DNA from: Planctomycetota bacterium
Lineage (GTDB): Bacteria; Planctomycetota; B15-G4; SIAN01
Length of the DNA stretch: 64,000 nucleotides
Reading direction: 5' to 3'
Assembly (NCBI GenBank): GCA_016795285.1
Contig: JAEUIC010000030.1
Coordinates: forward strand, 47,112-111,111
The notes under the pieces: generated by a model
Seen by the model: the letters and a program-made list of their open reading frames with translations, nothing else
Told to the model about the DNA's origin: nothing
Databases searched by the model: none
Shown here: positions 43,816-53,720 of the stretch, piece by piece
How positions within the stretch are numbered: position 1 is the first letter of the stretch
How the letters are laid out: every line of letters starts with the position of its first letter
Position numbers and translations under genes: made by a program

Positions 43816-46775
43816 CACTTCGCCTCCGCTTCGCGCACGACGCGCAGCCCGATCGCCGTCGCCGGCGGCGCACGATTCGGATCGCCCGCATCGCTGGCCA
43901 TCAGCGCGCAACCGCCGATGGCGCGCGCCTCCTTCGCGGGCCGCCGCGCGCGCATCCCCGCATGGTTCGCGTCGGAGTCGCTCGCCACTGCGTCCTCGTC
44001 GTCGGCCCGCGCGAGCGCCCACTCGGCGACGTTCCCGCCGAGGTCGTAGAGCGCCGCGCGCTGGCCCGGCGCGCCGCGCACCAGCGGCGCTCCCGAGCCG
44101 ACCGGCCAGAGCAGCGCCGAGCAGCCCTTCGCCCGCTCGCCGAGCTCGCGACGCGCCCGCTCCTGCAGCGCCGCCTCCTCTTCGGGGCGCGGCGCGAAGC
44201 CGAGCCACCGCTCGAAGGTGTTCTCGCCGGCGAGCGCCGCGGCCGCTTGCGCCAGCGGCTCGAGCTCGTCGAGCCACGGCAGCCGCCAGCGCTCGCCCGT
44301 CGTCTCCGAGAGCCACGCGACGTAGCCCTGCGCCTCCTCGAGCGCGATCCCCGCGATCGGCAGGTTCTCGTCGCCGGCGGCCACCTCGGTGTCGGGCCGG
44401 AAGGCGCGCCACTGCGCGCGCGTCACCTCGAAGCGGCCGATCGAGAGCCCGTCGACCTCGACCACCTCGGGCAGCGGCAGCGCGCGCTCCTTGGTCGGCC
44501 AGTTCATGCGCGCGGTGGCGAGCGGCTCGCCGAACGCGTCGCCGACCCGCGCGAACTCCTCGGCCTGCAGCGCGCTCCAGAGCGGCGACCCTTCGCGCAG
44601 CGCGCGGGCCGCGAGCTCCTCGCCGGCGGCGTCCGTTGCGTCCTCCGCCGCCGCGCCGAACAGGTGGCGATCGACGAAGGCGAACTCCTCCTCGAGCTTG
44701 CGCCGCTGCGAGGTGAGGCGCTGCAGCCCGTGCGGCTCGTCGGGGAAGAGGACGAAGCGGACCGGCGCCTTGCCGATCTGTTGCAGCGCGCGGTACCACT
44801 CCCACCCTTGCGAGGTCGGCACGTGGGTGTCGGCGCCGCCGAACTGGATCAGCGTCGGCGTCGTGACCCGCTCGGCGTGGAAGAGCGGCGACTTCGCGAG
44901 GTAGGTGGCGCTCTCCCGCCACGGCGGGCCGCCGAGGTAGTAGTCGTCGAAGGCGGGGCCGAAGCGGCAGTTGCCGTAGTCGGAGGTCCAGTTGACGTCG
45001 CCGGCGCCCGCCACGCAGACCTTGAAGGAGAGGCGCGCGTCGGGAACGACGTCGGGCAGCAGCGCGGTGAGGCCGATCGAGAGGATCGCGCCGTTGCTCC
45101 AGCCGAGGCAGCCGAGCCGCTCGCGATCGACCGGGTAGCGCGCGGCGACCTGCTCGATCCCCTTCACGAGGTCGACCAGTTCGAGCTCGTAGTAGCGCCC
45201 CTTGATCGACTCGGCGAAGGCGCGCCCGTAGCCCGAGCTGCCGTGGTAGTTGACCGCCAGCACGTAGCAGCCGCGCGCCGCGTAGCGGTGGTAGGGGTAG
45301 CTCCAGCGGTCGGAGAAGCGGTCGAGGTCGTTCGCGTGCGGGCCGCCGTGCGTCAGCAGCAGGAGCGGCCGCTTCGTGCCGTCGGCGGGCGCGATCGGAT
45401 GCCAGAGCAGCGCCTCGACCTCGTCGCCGTTCGCGCCGGCGAAGCGGAGCGTCTCCACCTTCGCGAGCGGCCGATGCGCCGCGCGCGGCGGCACCAGCGC
45501 CACCGGCCGCTCGTCGCGCAGCTCCTGGTCGACGAGGCTCGCGACGCACCAGCGGCCCGGGTCGGCGGCGCTCGACGCGTGGTAGAGGACCGTGTCGATG
45601 CCGGGCCGCGCCGCGAAGCGCGCGAGCCGGGCCGCATCGCTGCCGACCAGCCACTCGCGCACGAACCGGCCGTCGGCGCCGCGCGTGAAGCGGGCGAAGC
45701 GCGGCGCGACGCCGTCGGCGAGCGCGGCGACGAAGCCGCCGGTGACCGGCACGACGCGCTCCTGCTGCAGGCCGCGCTCCCACGCGAGGTCGATCGAGCG
45801 CTCGAAGCCGCTCGCCCGCTCGACCTCCCACAAGAGCGTCACGCCCGCCATGTTCTCGCCGTCGACCGTCGGCGCGATCCCTGCGGCGTAGAGCCAGTCG
45901 CCCTCGGCCGACCAGGCGAACGCGCTCGGCTTGCTCTTCTTCGCCGCGAAGAGCTCTCGCTCGGCGCCGGTCGCCACGTCGAGCAGGAAGGCGCGCGGCG
46001 GCACGCGGCCGTCGACCTCCTCCTGCGGCGAGCGCGAGGCGAGCGCCGCGACCGCGTCGCCATCGGGCGCCACCGCGAAGGTGGTGATGGTGTCGACGTT
46101 GGTGGTGAGGCGGCGCACGGTCGCGACGTCGCCCGCGCCGAGCGTCACCTCGAAGAGACGCACGGCGGCGGCCGCGAAGTCGCGCGGCTCCTCGACGACG
46201 ACGCTGCGATCCTTCGCGTCGCGGCGCGTGCGCTCCTCCTGCGTGAGCCGCTCGCGCGCGGCGACGACGAGGCGCGTCTTGCTGGCCCACTGCACGCCGA
46301 CCACCCCCTCCGGCAGCGCGGTGATCGCGGTCGGCTCGCCGCCATCCATGCGCAGCAGCCAGACCTGCGCGCGCGCGGCGGGATCGTCGCTGCTGCCGCT
46401 CGCGCCGCTGCCGTCGTCACCGGCCGCTGGCGGACGCGTCGAGAGGAAGGCGAGCTGCTTGCCGTCCTCGTTGAAGCAGGGGGAGAACTCCTCGTGCGCG
46501 CCGCTGGTGAGCGGCCGCTCCTCGCGCAACGCGAGATCGGCGAGCCAGAGCCGCGAGATGCGCCGATCGCGCTTCGCATCGGGCACGAGGCGCGTGTAGA
46601 TCGCCTTCATGCCATCGGGCGCGATCTCGAGCGTGCCGACGTCGGTCACGTCGACGAGGTCCTCGACGCGCCACGGCGACGTCGCGCGGGGCGGCGCCGG
46701 CGGCGCGTCGCGATCGGCCTCCTGCAGCGGCAGCGCCGCGAACGGGAGGAGCAGCGACAGCAGCAGGGCGTTCAT
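43815..46775 (-). CDS. S9-family serine peptidase (prolyl oligopeptidase / acylaminoacyl-peptidase-like) fused to a C-terminal FGE/SUMF1 (formylglycine-generating enzyme-like) domain, secreted
   Basis: The signal is 'MNALLLSLLLPFAALPL'. The S9 nucleophile is 'GWSNG', with 'LIQFGGADTHVP' also present. The C-terminal 'RWRLPWLDELEP...LYDLGGNVAEWAL' is FGE-sulfatase-like. The 978-aa and 1223-aa ORF calls are frame and extension artifacts. Confidence 0.8.
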   Translation of the reverse strand: MNALLLSLLLPFAALPLQEADRDAPPAPPRATSPWRVEDLVDVTDVGTLEIAPDGMKAIYTRLVPDAKRDRRISRLWLADLALREERPLTSGAHEEFSPCFNEDGKQLAFLSTRPPAAGDDGSGASGSSDDPAARAQVWLLRMDGGEPTAITALPEGVVGVQWASKTRLVVAARERLTQEERTRRDAKDRSVVVEEPRDFAAAAVRLFEVTLGAGDVATVRRLTTNVDTITTFAVAPDGDAVAALASRSPQEEVDGRVPPRAFLLDVATGAERELFAAKKSKPSAFAWSAEGDWLYAAGIAPTVDGENMAGVTLLWEVERASGFERSIDLAWERGLQQERVVPVTGGFVAALADGVAPRFARFTRGADGRFVREWLVGSDAARLARFAARPGIDTVLYHASSAADPGRWCVASLVDQELRDERPVALVPPRAAHRPLAKVETLRFAGANGDEVEALLWHPIAPADGTKRPLLLLTHGGPHANDLDRFSDRWSYPYHRYAARGCYVLAVNYHGSSGYGRAFAESIKGRYYELELVDLVKGIEQVAARYPVDRERLGCLGWSNGAILSIGLTALLPDVVPDARLSFKVCVAGAGDVNWTSDYGNCRFGPAFDDYYLGGPPWRESATYLAKSPLFHAERVTTPTLIQFGGADTHVPTSQGWEWYRALQQIGKAPVRFVLFPDEPHGLQRLTSQRRKLEEEFAFVDRHLFGAAAEDATDAAGEELAARALREGSPLWSALQAEEFARVGDAFGEPLATARMNWPTKERALPLPEVVEVDGLSIGRFEVTRAQWRAFRPDTEVAAGDENLPIAGIALEEAQGYVAWLSETTGERWRLPWLDELEPLAQAAAALAGENTFERWLGFAPRPEEEAALQERARRELGERAKGCSALLWPVGSGAPLVRGAPGQRAALYDLGGNVAEWALARADDEDAVASDSDANHAGMRARRPAKEARAIGGCALMASDAGDPNRAPPATAIGLRVVREAEAK

Positions 46776-47608
46776 CACGTTTCCTTGGCGAGCGGCGCGA
46801 CGATCGCGCCGTAGCAATCGGGGCGGCGATGGGCGATCCGATCGAGCTCGTACTCGCCCGGCACGATCACCAGGCGGTTTAGGTCGGCGGCCGGCAGGTC
46901 GAGATCGGCAATCAGGCGCTCCGCCCCTTCGCCCGCATGCGCGGCGACGCGGCCGTCGCAGTCGACGATCTGGCTGCCGCCGAGGAAGTCGAAGCCGCCT
47001 TCGCGGCCGATCCGGTTGCAGGCGACGTAGTGCACGTGGTTCTCGAAGGCGCGCACGATCGACTGGTAGGCGCGCGAGATGCGGGCGGCGGCCGGCCAGT
47101 TGGTGGGCAGCACGATCAGCTGCGCGCCGGCGAGCTTCAGCACGCGCGCCGTCTCCGGGAAGCTGCCGTCGTAGCAGATCGAGAGGCCGACGGTGCCGAA
47201 CGGGGTCGTCGCGACGCAAAGCGGCCGATCGCCCGGCGTGACGAAACGATCGCAGCCGAGGAACGGCAGGTGGAGCTTGCGGTAGTGGAGCGCGATGCCG
47301 TGCGGGCCGAGCAGCAGCGCCGCGTTGTAGAGCCGCTCGCCCGCTCGCTCGAGCAGTCCGACCACGAGCCACGTGCCGCGCCGCTGCACCGCCGCCACCA
47401 GCGCGTCGATCGGCGCGCTGCAGAGCTCCACGGCGGCGCGCTGCGCGGCGGCGAAGGTCGGGAAGGCGTAGCCGGTGAGCGCGCACTCGGGCACGACGGC
47501 GAGTTGCGCGCCGGCGTCGGCGGCCGCGGCGAGTTCGCGCTCGATCGCGGCCTGGTTGGCGGGAACGTCGCCGAACGCGACGTCGATCTGGCAGGCGGCG
47601 AGCTTCAT
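46776..47608 (-). CDS. Carbon-nitrogen hydrolase (nitrilase superfamily)
   Basis: Blocks 'MKLAACQIDVAFGDVPANQ', 'VVPECALTGY' (catalytic Glu), 'HYRKLHLP' (Lys) and 'GLSICYDGSFPE' (Cys) are present. The stop is followed immediately by the start of the next gene. Confidence 0.8.
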
Positions 47609-48774
47609 CGCGTCGCTCCGATGGCGGCGGTGCGGCCGGTGCCGCTGGCGCCCGCGAGTTCGAGCGCGGCGCGCGCCACGTCGTAGGCGGCTTGCGGTCG
47701 GCCGAGCGCCTTGGCGTTGGCGCGCAGCCGTTTCAAGCGCGCCGGATCGGCGAGCAGCGCGCCGACCTTGCCGGCGAGCGTCGCGACGTGGTGCACCTTG
47801 ATCGCCGCGCCGTTCTCGAGCAGGAAGTCGGAGTTGCGGCTCTCCTGGCCCGGGATCGGGTTCACGATCGCCATCGGGACGCCGCGCGCCAGCGCTTCCG
47901 AGGTGGTGAGTCCGCCCGGCTTGCTGACCAGCAGGTCGGCGACCGCGAAGAGCTCGTCGATCTGGTCGGTGAAGCCCAGCACGTGGGCGCGATGGCGCGC
48001 CGGCACCGCGATCCGCTCGAGCTTCTTCTTCGCCGCCTCGTTGCGGCCGGCGACGACCACCAGCTCGAGCCCCATCGGCAGCGCCAGCAGCTCGCGCCAG
48101 ATCTCCTCGAGCGGGCCGACGCCGAAGCCGCCGGCGAGTTGCACGACGATCGGCCGATCGCCCGCGAGCCCGAGCCGCTCGAGGCAGCCGGCGCGCCCCT
48201 TCTTCTGCGCGAAGAGCGGGTGGATCGGGATGCCGCTCACCGTGATCCGCTCGCGCGCCACGCCGCAGGCGGCGAGCCACGCGGCGCCGTCGGCGGTGGC
48301 GGTGAAGTAGCGCTCGCACGGCTCGTTCACCCAGAGGCGGTGGGTGTCGAAGTCGGTGGTGACGGTGAGCTGCGGCGCGGCGAGGCGGCGCCTCTTCTTC
48401 GCGGCGGCGATCATCTCGGCCGGCAGGAAGTGGGTGGAGACGAAGGCGTCCCACGGTCCGCGCTTCAGGAGCGCGAGCAACGGCGCGAGGTTCAGCTTCT
48501 GCACGAGGTAGCGCAGCCGATCGGCGTGCGGCGCGCCGTGCTGCCGATCGAGGTGGTCGTACATCCAGCCGAGCGCGTGCGGCGCGTGGTCGACCAGCTC
48601 GAGGTAGGCCTTGCCGTAGAGGCGGCGGAAGGCGGCGTTGGTGAGCTGCAGGACGTCGTGGTTCTCGACCTGCGCGTCGGGCGCGAGCTCGCGCAGCGCC
48701 AGCTCGACCGCCTGCGCCGCGCGCAGGTGGCCGGCGCCGGCCGATGCGGAGAGGACGAGGAGGCGAGGGGCCAT
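47605..48774 (-). CDS. GT28-family glycosyltransferase (MGDG-synthase / UgtP-like diacylglycerol glycosyltransferase)
   Basis: The N-terminal 'LLVLSASAGAGHLRAAQA' and the C-terminal 'GGLTTSEALARGVPMAI' blocks are present. The stop overlaps the nitrilase start as ATGA. Confidence 0.7.
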   Translation of the reverse strand: MAPRLLVLSASAGAGHLRAAQAVELALRELAPDAQVENHDVLQLTNAAFRRLYGKAYLELVDHAPHALGWMYDHLDRQHGAPHADRLRYLVQKLNLAPLLALLKRGPWDAFVSTHFLPAEMIAAAKKRRRLAAPQLTVTTDFDTHRLWVNEPCERYFTATADGAAWLAACGVARERITVSGIPIHPLFAQKKGRAGCLERLGLAGDRPIVVQLAGGFGVGPLEEIWRELLALPMGLELVVVAGRNEAAKKKLERIAVPARHRAHVLGFTDQIDELFAVADLLVSKPGGLTTSEALARGVPMAIVNPIPGQESRNSDFLLENGAAIKVHHVATLAGKVGALLADPARLKRLRANAKALGRPQAAYDVARAALELAGASGTGRTAAIGATR

Positions 48775-48937
48775 CGGCGACTCCGGAAGCGGACGGGAAG
48801 CCGGTGCAGCGCGGCGGGGAGCGGAGTTGTACCGAAGAGTGGTACACCAGAGTGGTACCGCGGGGCACCGCAAGAGCTGCAGCAGCGAGCTGCCGAGCGA
48901 GTGGACCCGCGTTTCGATCGGCACGGCAGGGCGGGCG

Positions 48938-50794
48938 ATGGCACGAGCGGCAGCACGACGGACGGCGCTTCGGTGGGCTCGAGTGGCGGCGCCGAGCGCC
49001 CTGCTGTTTTGCAGCGGTTGCGGGGAGGAGGCGGCTCCACCGAAGCGGGCGCGCGAGGCGCCGGCGGCGCTCGTGTTACCGCCGCGCGAAGGGCCGTCGC
49101 CGGTTCGCTTCGTCGATGCCACCGCCGAAGCGGGCCTCACCTTCGTCCACGACTTCGGGGTTGCCGCGCAGGAGTGGCGCTACGTCGAGACGCTCGGCTC
49201 CGGCGTGGTCGCCTTCGACGGCGACGGCGACGGCGATGTCGACCTGCTCTTCCTGAACGGCCGCGGCTTCGGCCCGAAGGCGGAGCCGGCGCGCGGCAAC
49301 TCCTACTGGCGCAACGAAGGCGGTTGGCGCTTCATCGATGCGACCGCGGAGGCGGGACTCGCGGCGCTCGAGGGCGGCGGCGCGTTCGCGCTCGGCGGCT
49401 GTGCGGCGGACTACGACAACGACGGCGACGCCGACCTCTACGTGGTGAACTTCGACGGCGCGAACTCGTTGTGGCGCAACGACGGCCGCGGCCGCTTCGT
49501 CGACGTCGCGGCGGCGGCCGGCGTGGCGGGGCGGCTCGCGACGCTCGACAGCGCCTGCGCGTTCGGCGACGTGGACGGCGACGGCTGGCTCGACCTCCTC
49601 GTCGCGGGCTCCATGGAGCAGCCGCTCGCGAAGGAGCGCGAGTGCTTCGACAGCGAGTGGGAGGTGCCCGACTCGCGGCTGCGCCGCTACTGCCACCCGA
49701 CCGACTTCGAGCCGAGCCGCCTGTCGCTGTTCCGGGCGAACGGCGACGGGACCTTCCGCGAGGCGACCGAGGCGGCGGGGTTGGCGACGTTCCGCGGTCG
49801 GACGCTCGGCGCCCGTTTCGTCGACGTCGACGACGATCGCGATGCCGACCTCTTCGTCGTCTGCGACCGCACCGCCAACGCGCTCTGGATCAACGATGGC
49901 GCCGGCCGCTTCACCGACGTCGCGCTGCGCGCCGGCGTCGCCTACGACGGCAGCGGCCGCGCGAAGGGCGGGATGGGGCTCGCGGCGGGCGACTACGACG
50001 GCGACGGGCGGATCGACCTGCTCGCGACCTACTTCGAGCGCGAGAGCAACGGCCTCTATCGGCAGCTGCCGGGCGACGGCGCGGCCGAGTCGCGCGACGC
50101 GAACGGCGGCGGCGGAGCGGGGACGAGCGCGGCGAGCCGCGGCGTCGCGTTCACCGATGCCGCGGTCGAGTCCAACACGGCGAACGCGTCGTTCGCGACG
50201 ATCGGCTGGGGGACGGAGCTGCTCGACGCCGACCTCGACGGGCAGCTCGATTGGGTGGTGGTCAACGGCCACGTGAACCCGGGGATCGAGCGGATGCGGC
50301 GGCCCGGCTCGACGCTCGGGTGGGAGCAGCCGCTGCTCTTCTTCCTCAATCGCGGCGGCGGGAAGTTCGAGAGCCTCGGCGCCGAGGCGGGGCCGCCGTT
50401 CACGCTCGAGCTGCCGGCGCGCGGGCTCGCCGTCGCCGACTTCGATGACGATGGCGACCTCGACCTCGCGATCGGCACCAACGGCGCCGCCGCCCTGCTG
50501 CTGCGCAACGACTCGCCGCGCGCCGATCGCCATTGGCTCTGCGTGCGGACGGTCGGCACGAAGGGCAACCGCGACGGCCTCGGCGCGCGGGTGGTCGTCG
50601 AGGCGGGCGGTCGCCGGCAGCTGCGCGAGATCCACTGCGGCGGCTCCTACCTCTCGAACCACGACCGCCGCGCCCACTTCGGCCTCGGCCCCGCCACCCT
50701 CGTCGACCGCCTCGACGTCCTCTGGCCCTCCGGCCAGACCACCACCCTGACCGCCGTCGCCGCCGACCAGCAGCTCACCGTCACCGAACCGTAG
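48938..50794 (+). CDS. CRTAC1-family lipoprotein (FG-GAP/VCBS repeats plus a C-terminal ASPIC/UnbV domain)
   Basis: The lipobox is 'LLFCSGC'. FG-GAP repeats include 'FDGDGDGDVDLLF'. The ASPIC/UnbV block is 'NRDGLGARVVVEAGGRRQLREIHCGGSYLSNHD'. The stop TAG at 50792-50794 is supplied by the repeat element. Confidence 0.8.
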   Translation: MARAAARRTALRWARVAAPSALLFCSGCGEEAAPPKRAREAPAALVLPPREGPSPVRFVDATAEAGLTFVHDFGVAAQEWRYVETLGSGVVAFDGDGDGDVDLLFLNGRGFGPKAEPARGNSYWRNEGGWRFIDATAEAGLAALEGGGAFALGGCAADYDNDGDADLYVVNFDGANSLWRNDGRGRFVDVAAAAGVAGRLATLDSACAFGDVDGDGWLDLLVAGSMEQPLAKERECFDSEWEVPDSRLRRYCHPTDFEPSRLSLFRANGDGTFREATEAAGLATFRGRTLGARFVDVDDDRDADLFVVCDRTANALWINDGAGRFTDVALRAGVAYDGSGRAKGGMGLAAGDYDGDGRIDLLATYFERESNGLYRQLPGDGAAESRDANGGGGAGTSAASRGVAFTDAAVESNTANASFATIGWGTELLDADLDGQLDWVVVNGHVNPGIERMRRPGSTLGWEQPLLFFLNRGGGKFESLGAEAGPPFTLELPARGLAVADFDDDGDLDLAIGTNGAAALLLRNDSPRADRHWLCVRTVGTKGNRDGLGARVVVEAGGRRQLREIHCGGSYLSNHDRRAHFGLGPATLVDRLDVLWPSGQTTTLTAVAADQQLTVTEP

Positions 50795-50910
50795 GTGGCG
50801 GGGAGAAAACGGCGGTCAAATCCGCACAGGTGGCGGGGGGAAAACGGCGGTCAGTTCCGCACCTCCGAGTCGAAGAGTGCGGTTCTGACCGCCGTTTTCT
50901 CCCCGCCACC
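50794..50910. repeat. REP/MITE-like element, locus 2. Three 34-35-nt units are present, two direct (50794-50827, 50829-50863) and one inverted (50877-50910).
   Basis: GGTGGCGGGGAGAAAACGGCGGTCAAATCCGCAC / GGTGGCGGGGGGAAAACGGCGGTCAGTTCCGCAC ... GTGCGGTTCTGACCGCCGTTTTCTCCCCGCCACC. Confidence 0.85.
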
Positions 50911-50960
50911 TAGACGAAACGGCGGGCGGAGCGCGTTCAGGGCGGTGGAGAACGCAGCGA

Positions 50961-51515
50961 GTGGCAGACGACGGTGAAGGGTGGGACCGCGCACGAGCGG
51001 GGACGGCGGGCGATCGGCTCGCCGGCCTCTACGTCGCGCTGCGCCACGACCTCTTCACGATCGCCTGCCACCTGACGAGCGACCGCGCGGCCGCCGAGGA
51101 CGTGGTGCACGACCTCTTCGCCGCGCTCGCCGCCCGTCCACGCGAGCTGCCGCCGTTCGCGACCCTCGCCGACGCCCGTCGCTACCTCGCCACCGCGTGC
51201 GCCCATCGCGCCCGCGATCGCGAGCGGCGCCGCCGTCCCGAGCTCGCGAGCGACGATCGGCTCGCCGCCCGCGTCGCGCCCGACGATCCGCTCCGCAGCG
51301 CGGCCACCGCTGACGAGGCCGGCCGCGTGCGCGTCGCGCTCGGCCAACTGCCGGCCGAGCAACGCGCCGTCGTGACGCTCCATCTCCACGGCGGCCTGAC
51401 CTTCCGCGCGATCGCGACGACGCTCGCGATCCCGCCCGACACGGCGATGTCGCGCTACCGCTACGCGCTCGCGAAGCTGTCGCGCCTCCTCGCCGGGACG
51501 CGCATCGAGGAGTGA
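50961..51515 (+). CDS. ECF-type sigma factor
   Basis: Region 2 reads 'DVVHDLFAAL'. Region 4 reads 'GLTFRAIATTLAIPPDTAMSRYRYALAKL'. A GTG start is inferred. The stop overlaps the next gene. Confidence 0.7.
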   Translation: MADDGEGWDRARAGTAGDRLAGLYVALRHDLFTIACHLTSDRAAAEDVVHDLFAALAARPRELPPFATLADARRYLATACAHRARDRERRRRPELASDDRLAARVAPDDPLRSAATADEAGRVRVALGQLPAEQRAVVTLHLHGGLTFRAIATTLAIPPDTAMSRYRYALAKLSRLLAGTRIEE

Positions 51516-53668
51516 CCGCGATGGACCGCATCCCGAACGACGACCCGGCCGCGCTCGATCCCGCCGCGCAGCGCGAGCTCGAGGCGCTGTTGAGCGGCGC
51601 GCGCGAGTCGGCTCCCGCGACGCTCGACGCCCGCGTCACCGCGACGCTCGCCGCGGCGAAAGCGGCCTCCGCCGCAGCGTCCGCCACGACCTCCGCCACC
51701 GCCACCGCCACCGCCGCACCGCGCCTCCTGCGCTCGCTCTCGCCGCGCCGTCGCATCGCTGCCGCTGCCGCAGTGCTGCTTGGCGCCACGGCGCTCACCT
51801 TCGCCGCGGTCCGCGCGCTCGGCGGATTCGACTCCACCGCGCCGGAGCTCGGCGAGCCGCCGCTCGCCCTGCGCGACGGTCCGCGCGCGGAGGGCGTCGC
51901 GCCGCAGCCGATCGACGTCGCCGCCGGCCGCGAACCGCTGGTGCAGATCACCGCCGAGAAGCCGGAGGGCGGCGGCGAGCCGGGCGGCAACCTCAGCGCC
52001 GCGTCGCCGCTCGAAGAAGACGATTGGGATCCGCCAGCCGACACCACCTTCCGCAGCGGCTTCCCGCGCAACCTCGACGCCCACGCCACCGTCGCCCGCG
52101 CGGCGATCGTCGCGCGGGTCCGCACCTTCGGCGGCCGCTCGGCCCTTCGGCGACTCGACGACGGCACGGTGAAGAGCTTCGACCGTCCGCTCGCGGTGAT
52201 CGAGCGCGTCTACCACGGCGACCGCTCGCTGGTCGGTCGCCGCATCGAACTGCACGCGCGCATCGGCCAGGAGTCGGAGCGCAGCTTCCTCGCCTGGGGC
52301 AGCTCGATCTTCGACGCGGGCAAGACCCGGCCCTGGATCACCACCTTCGAGCTCATCGACAAGGCGGCGCTGCCCGACGGCACGCTCCACGCGCAGCAGC
52401 TCTTCGCCGAGCTGTGGGGCGGGACGATCGTCACCGCCGAGCTGCCGCCGCAGCCGACCACGCCGATCGGTCCCGGCGAGGAGGTGGCGCAGCTGCTGTC
52501 CGATCTCGTGGCGAGCCTCGCCGCCGCCCCCTTGCGCGGCCGCGCCGACGAGGAGCTCGCCGCGGTCGTCGCGTTGCGCCACTTCGACGGCGGTGCATCG
52601 CCGCTGCCGCAGCCCGACTCGAGCGTCTGGCACGATCCCGCGGCGCGCACGGCGCTGTTCGCTGCCGCCGCCAGCCCGAACGCGACCGTGCGCTGGAACA
52701 TCGCCTGGATGAATCCGGCGGCGGCGGGCCCGGAAGGAGTGGCGCGTCTCTTCGAGCTCGCGTTCGATCGCGATCCGCTGGTGCGCCAGCCGGCGCTCCA
52801 CTGGTTGGCGCGCCCGGCAGAGGCCGGCTTCGGCGGCGACGCGGCGTTGGCCGTGGCCGCTCGCGAGCTGGTCGAGCTGGCGACGCCGCGCGCCGACACG
52901 GCGTTCGACGAGCTGCTGACCGAGGCGCTCGAGGGCCACGGCGAGCTGTTCGACGACGACTCGCTCGCTCGCCACCTCGAGCAGCTGCGCGCCGAGCGCG
53001 ATCCCGAGTCGCGGCGGCGTGCCGTGCTGGCGCTCACCGCGGTGCAACAGCGCGACGCGGTGCAGCAGCTGCTGGCGTCGCTCGCCGACGAGGAGACCGG
53101 CGTGCGCCAAGCGGCGGCGCTGGTGCTGGCCGGCGCCGGCTTCGACCACGCCTCGGAGGTGATGGAGCGGTTGCGCGCTGTCCCCGACGACGCCGAGCCG
53201 AACTTGCAGGCGCTGGTCGGCTACGCCGAGATCGCGCACGGCAGCATCTACGGCTACGACCGGATGGAGCGGTTGCTCGAGAGCGACGCGCCGGCGGTGC
53301 GCGAGCAGGTGGTGCAGCTGCTGGCGCGCGCGGCGGCGCGGCCGCGCGGTCGCGACGATGCCGTGCTGGTGGGGGAGAGCGGGCGCGGTCTCGCCGGCCT
53401 GCTGCTGCGTGCCGCCGACGATGCCGATCCGCTGGTGCGCTCGCACGCACTCGTCGCGCTCGGGCGGTTGCGCGGGAACTTCCTCGAGGGGGAGTCGCTC
53501 GCGGCGGAGTGGGAGGCTGCGCTGGAGCGAGCGGCGGCCGACAGCTCGTCGCTGGTGCGTGCCGCGGTGGAGCTGGCGCGCAGGGCGCGGGACGCGATGG
53601 CGGACTGGGAGAGCCGAGTGCAGCTCGAGTCGCTCGGCTACGTAGATGACGAGGACGACGGCAACTGA
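51512..53668 (+). CDS. Anti-sigma factor: single-pass membrane protein with a periplasmic HEAT-repeat domain
   Basis: The short cytoplasmic N-terminus is 'LDPAAQRELEALLSG'. The TM helix reads 'IAAAAAVLLGATALTFAAV'. C-terminal HEAT-like repeats include 'VRQAAALVLAGAG' and 'LVRSHALVALGRL'. The start is GTG at 51512 or ATG at 51521. Confidence 0.6.
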   Translation: MTAMDRIPNDDPAALDPAAQRELEALLSGARESAPATLDARVTATLAAAKAASAAASATTSATATATAAPRLLRSLSPRRRIAAAAAVLLGATALTFAAVRALGGFDSTAPELGEPPLALRDGPRAEGVAPQPIDVAAGREPLVQITAEKPEGGGEPGGNLSAASPLEEDDWDPPADTTFRSGFPRNLDAHATVARAAIVARVRTFGGRSALRRLDDGTVKSFDRPLAVIERVYHGDRSLVGRRIELHARIGQESERSFLAWGSSIFDAGKTRPWITTFELIDKAALPDGTLHAQQLFAELWGGTIVTAELPPQPTTPIGPGEEVAQLLSDLVASLAAAPLRGRADEELAAVVALRHFDGGASPLPQPDSSVWHDPAARTALFAAAASPNATVRWNIAWMNPAAAGPEGVARLFELAFDRDPLVRQPALHWLARPAEAGFGGDAALAVAARELVELATPRADTAFDELLTEALEGHGELFDDDSLARHLEQLRAERDPESRRRAVLALTAVQQRDAVQQLLASLADEETGVRQAAALVLAGAGFDHASEVMERLRAVPDDAEPNLQALVGYAEIAHGSIYGYDRMERLLESDAPAVREQVVQLLARAAARPRGRDDAVLVGESGRGLAGLLLRAADDADPLVRSHALVALGRLRGNFLEGESLAAEWEAALERAAADSSSLVRAAVELARRARDAMADWESRVQLESLGYVDDEDDGN

Positions 53669-53720
53669 CCGCCGACGAGCCGCTTCCCTCGCGCCGGTCG
53701 CGCCGCCAACATCGCGCGCC

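Noticed and set aside
50794-50910. Possibility that the 34-nt repeats form a CRISPR array
   Set aside because: The units have mixed orientations, the spacers are 1-13 nt, and there are at most 3 copies per locus. This is not a repeat-spacer architecture, and no cas genes were seen.
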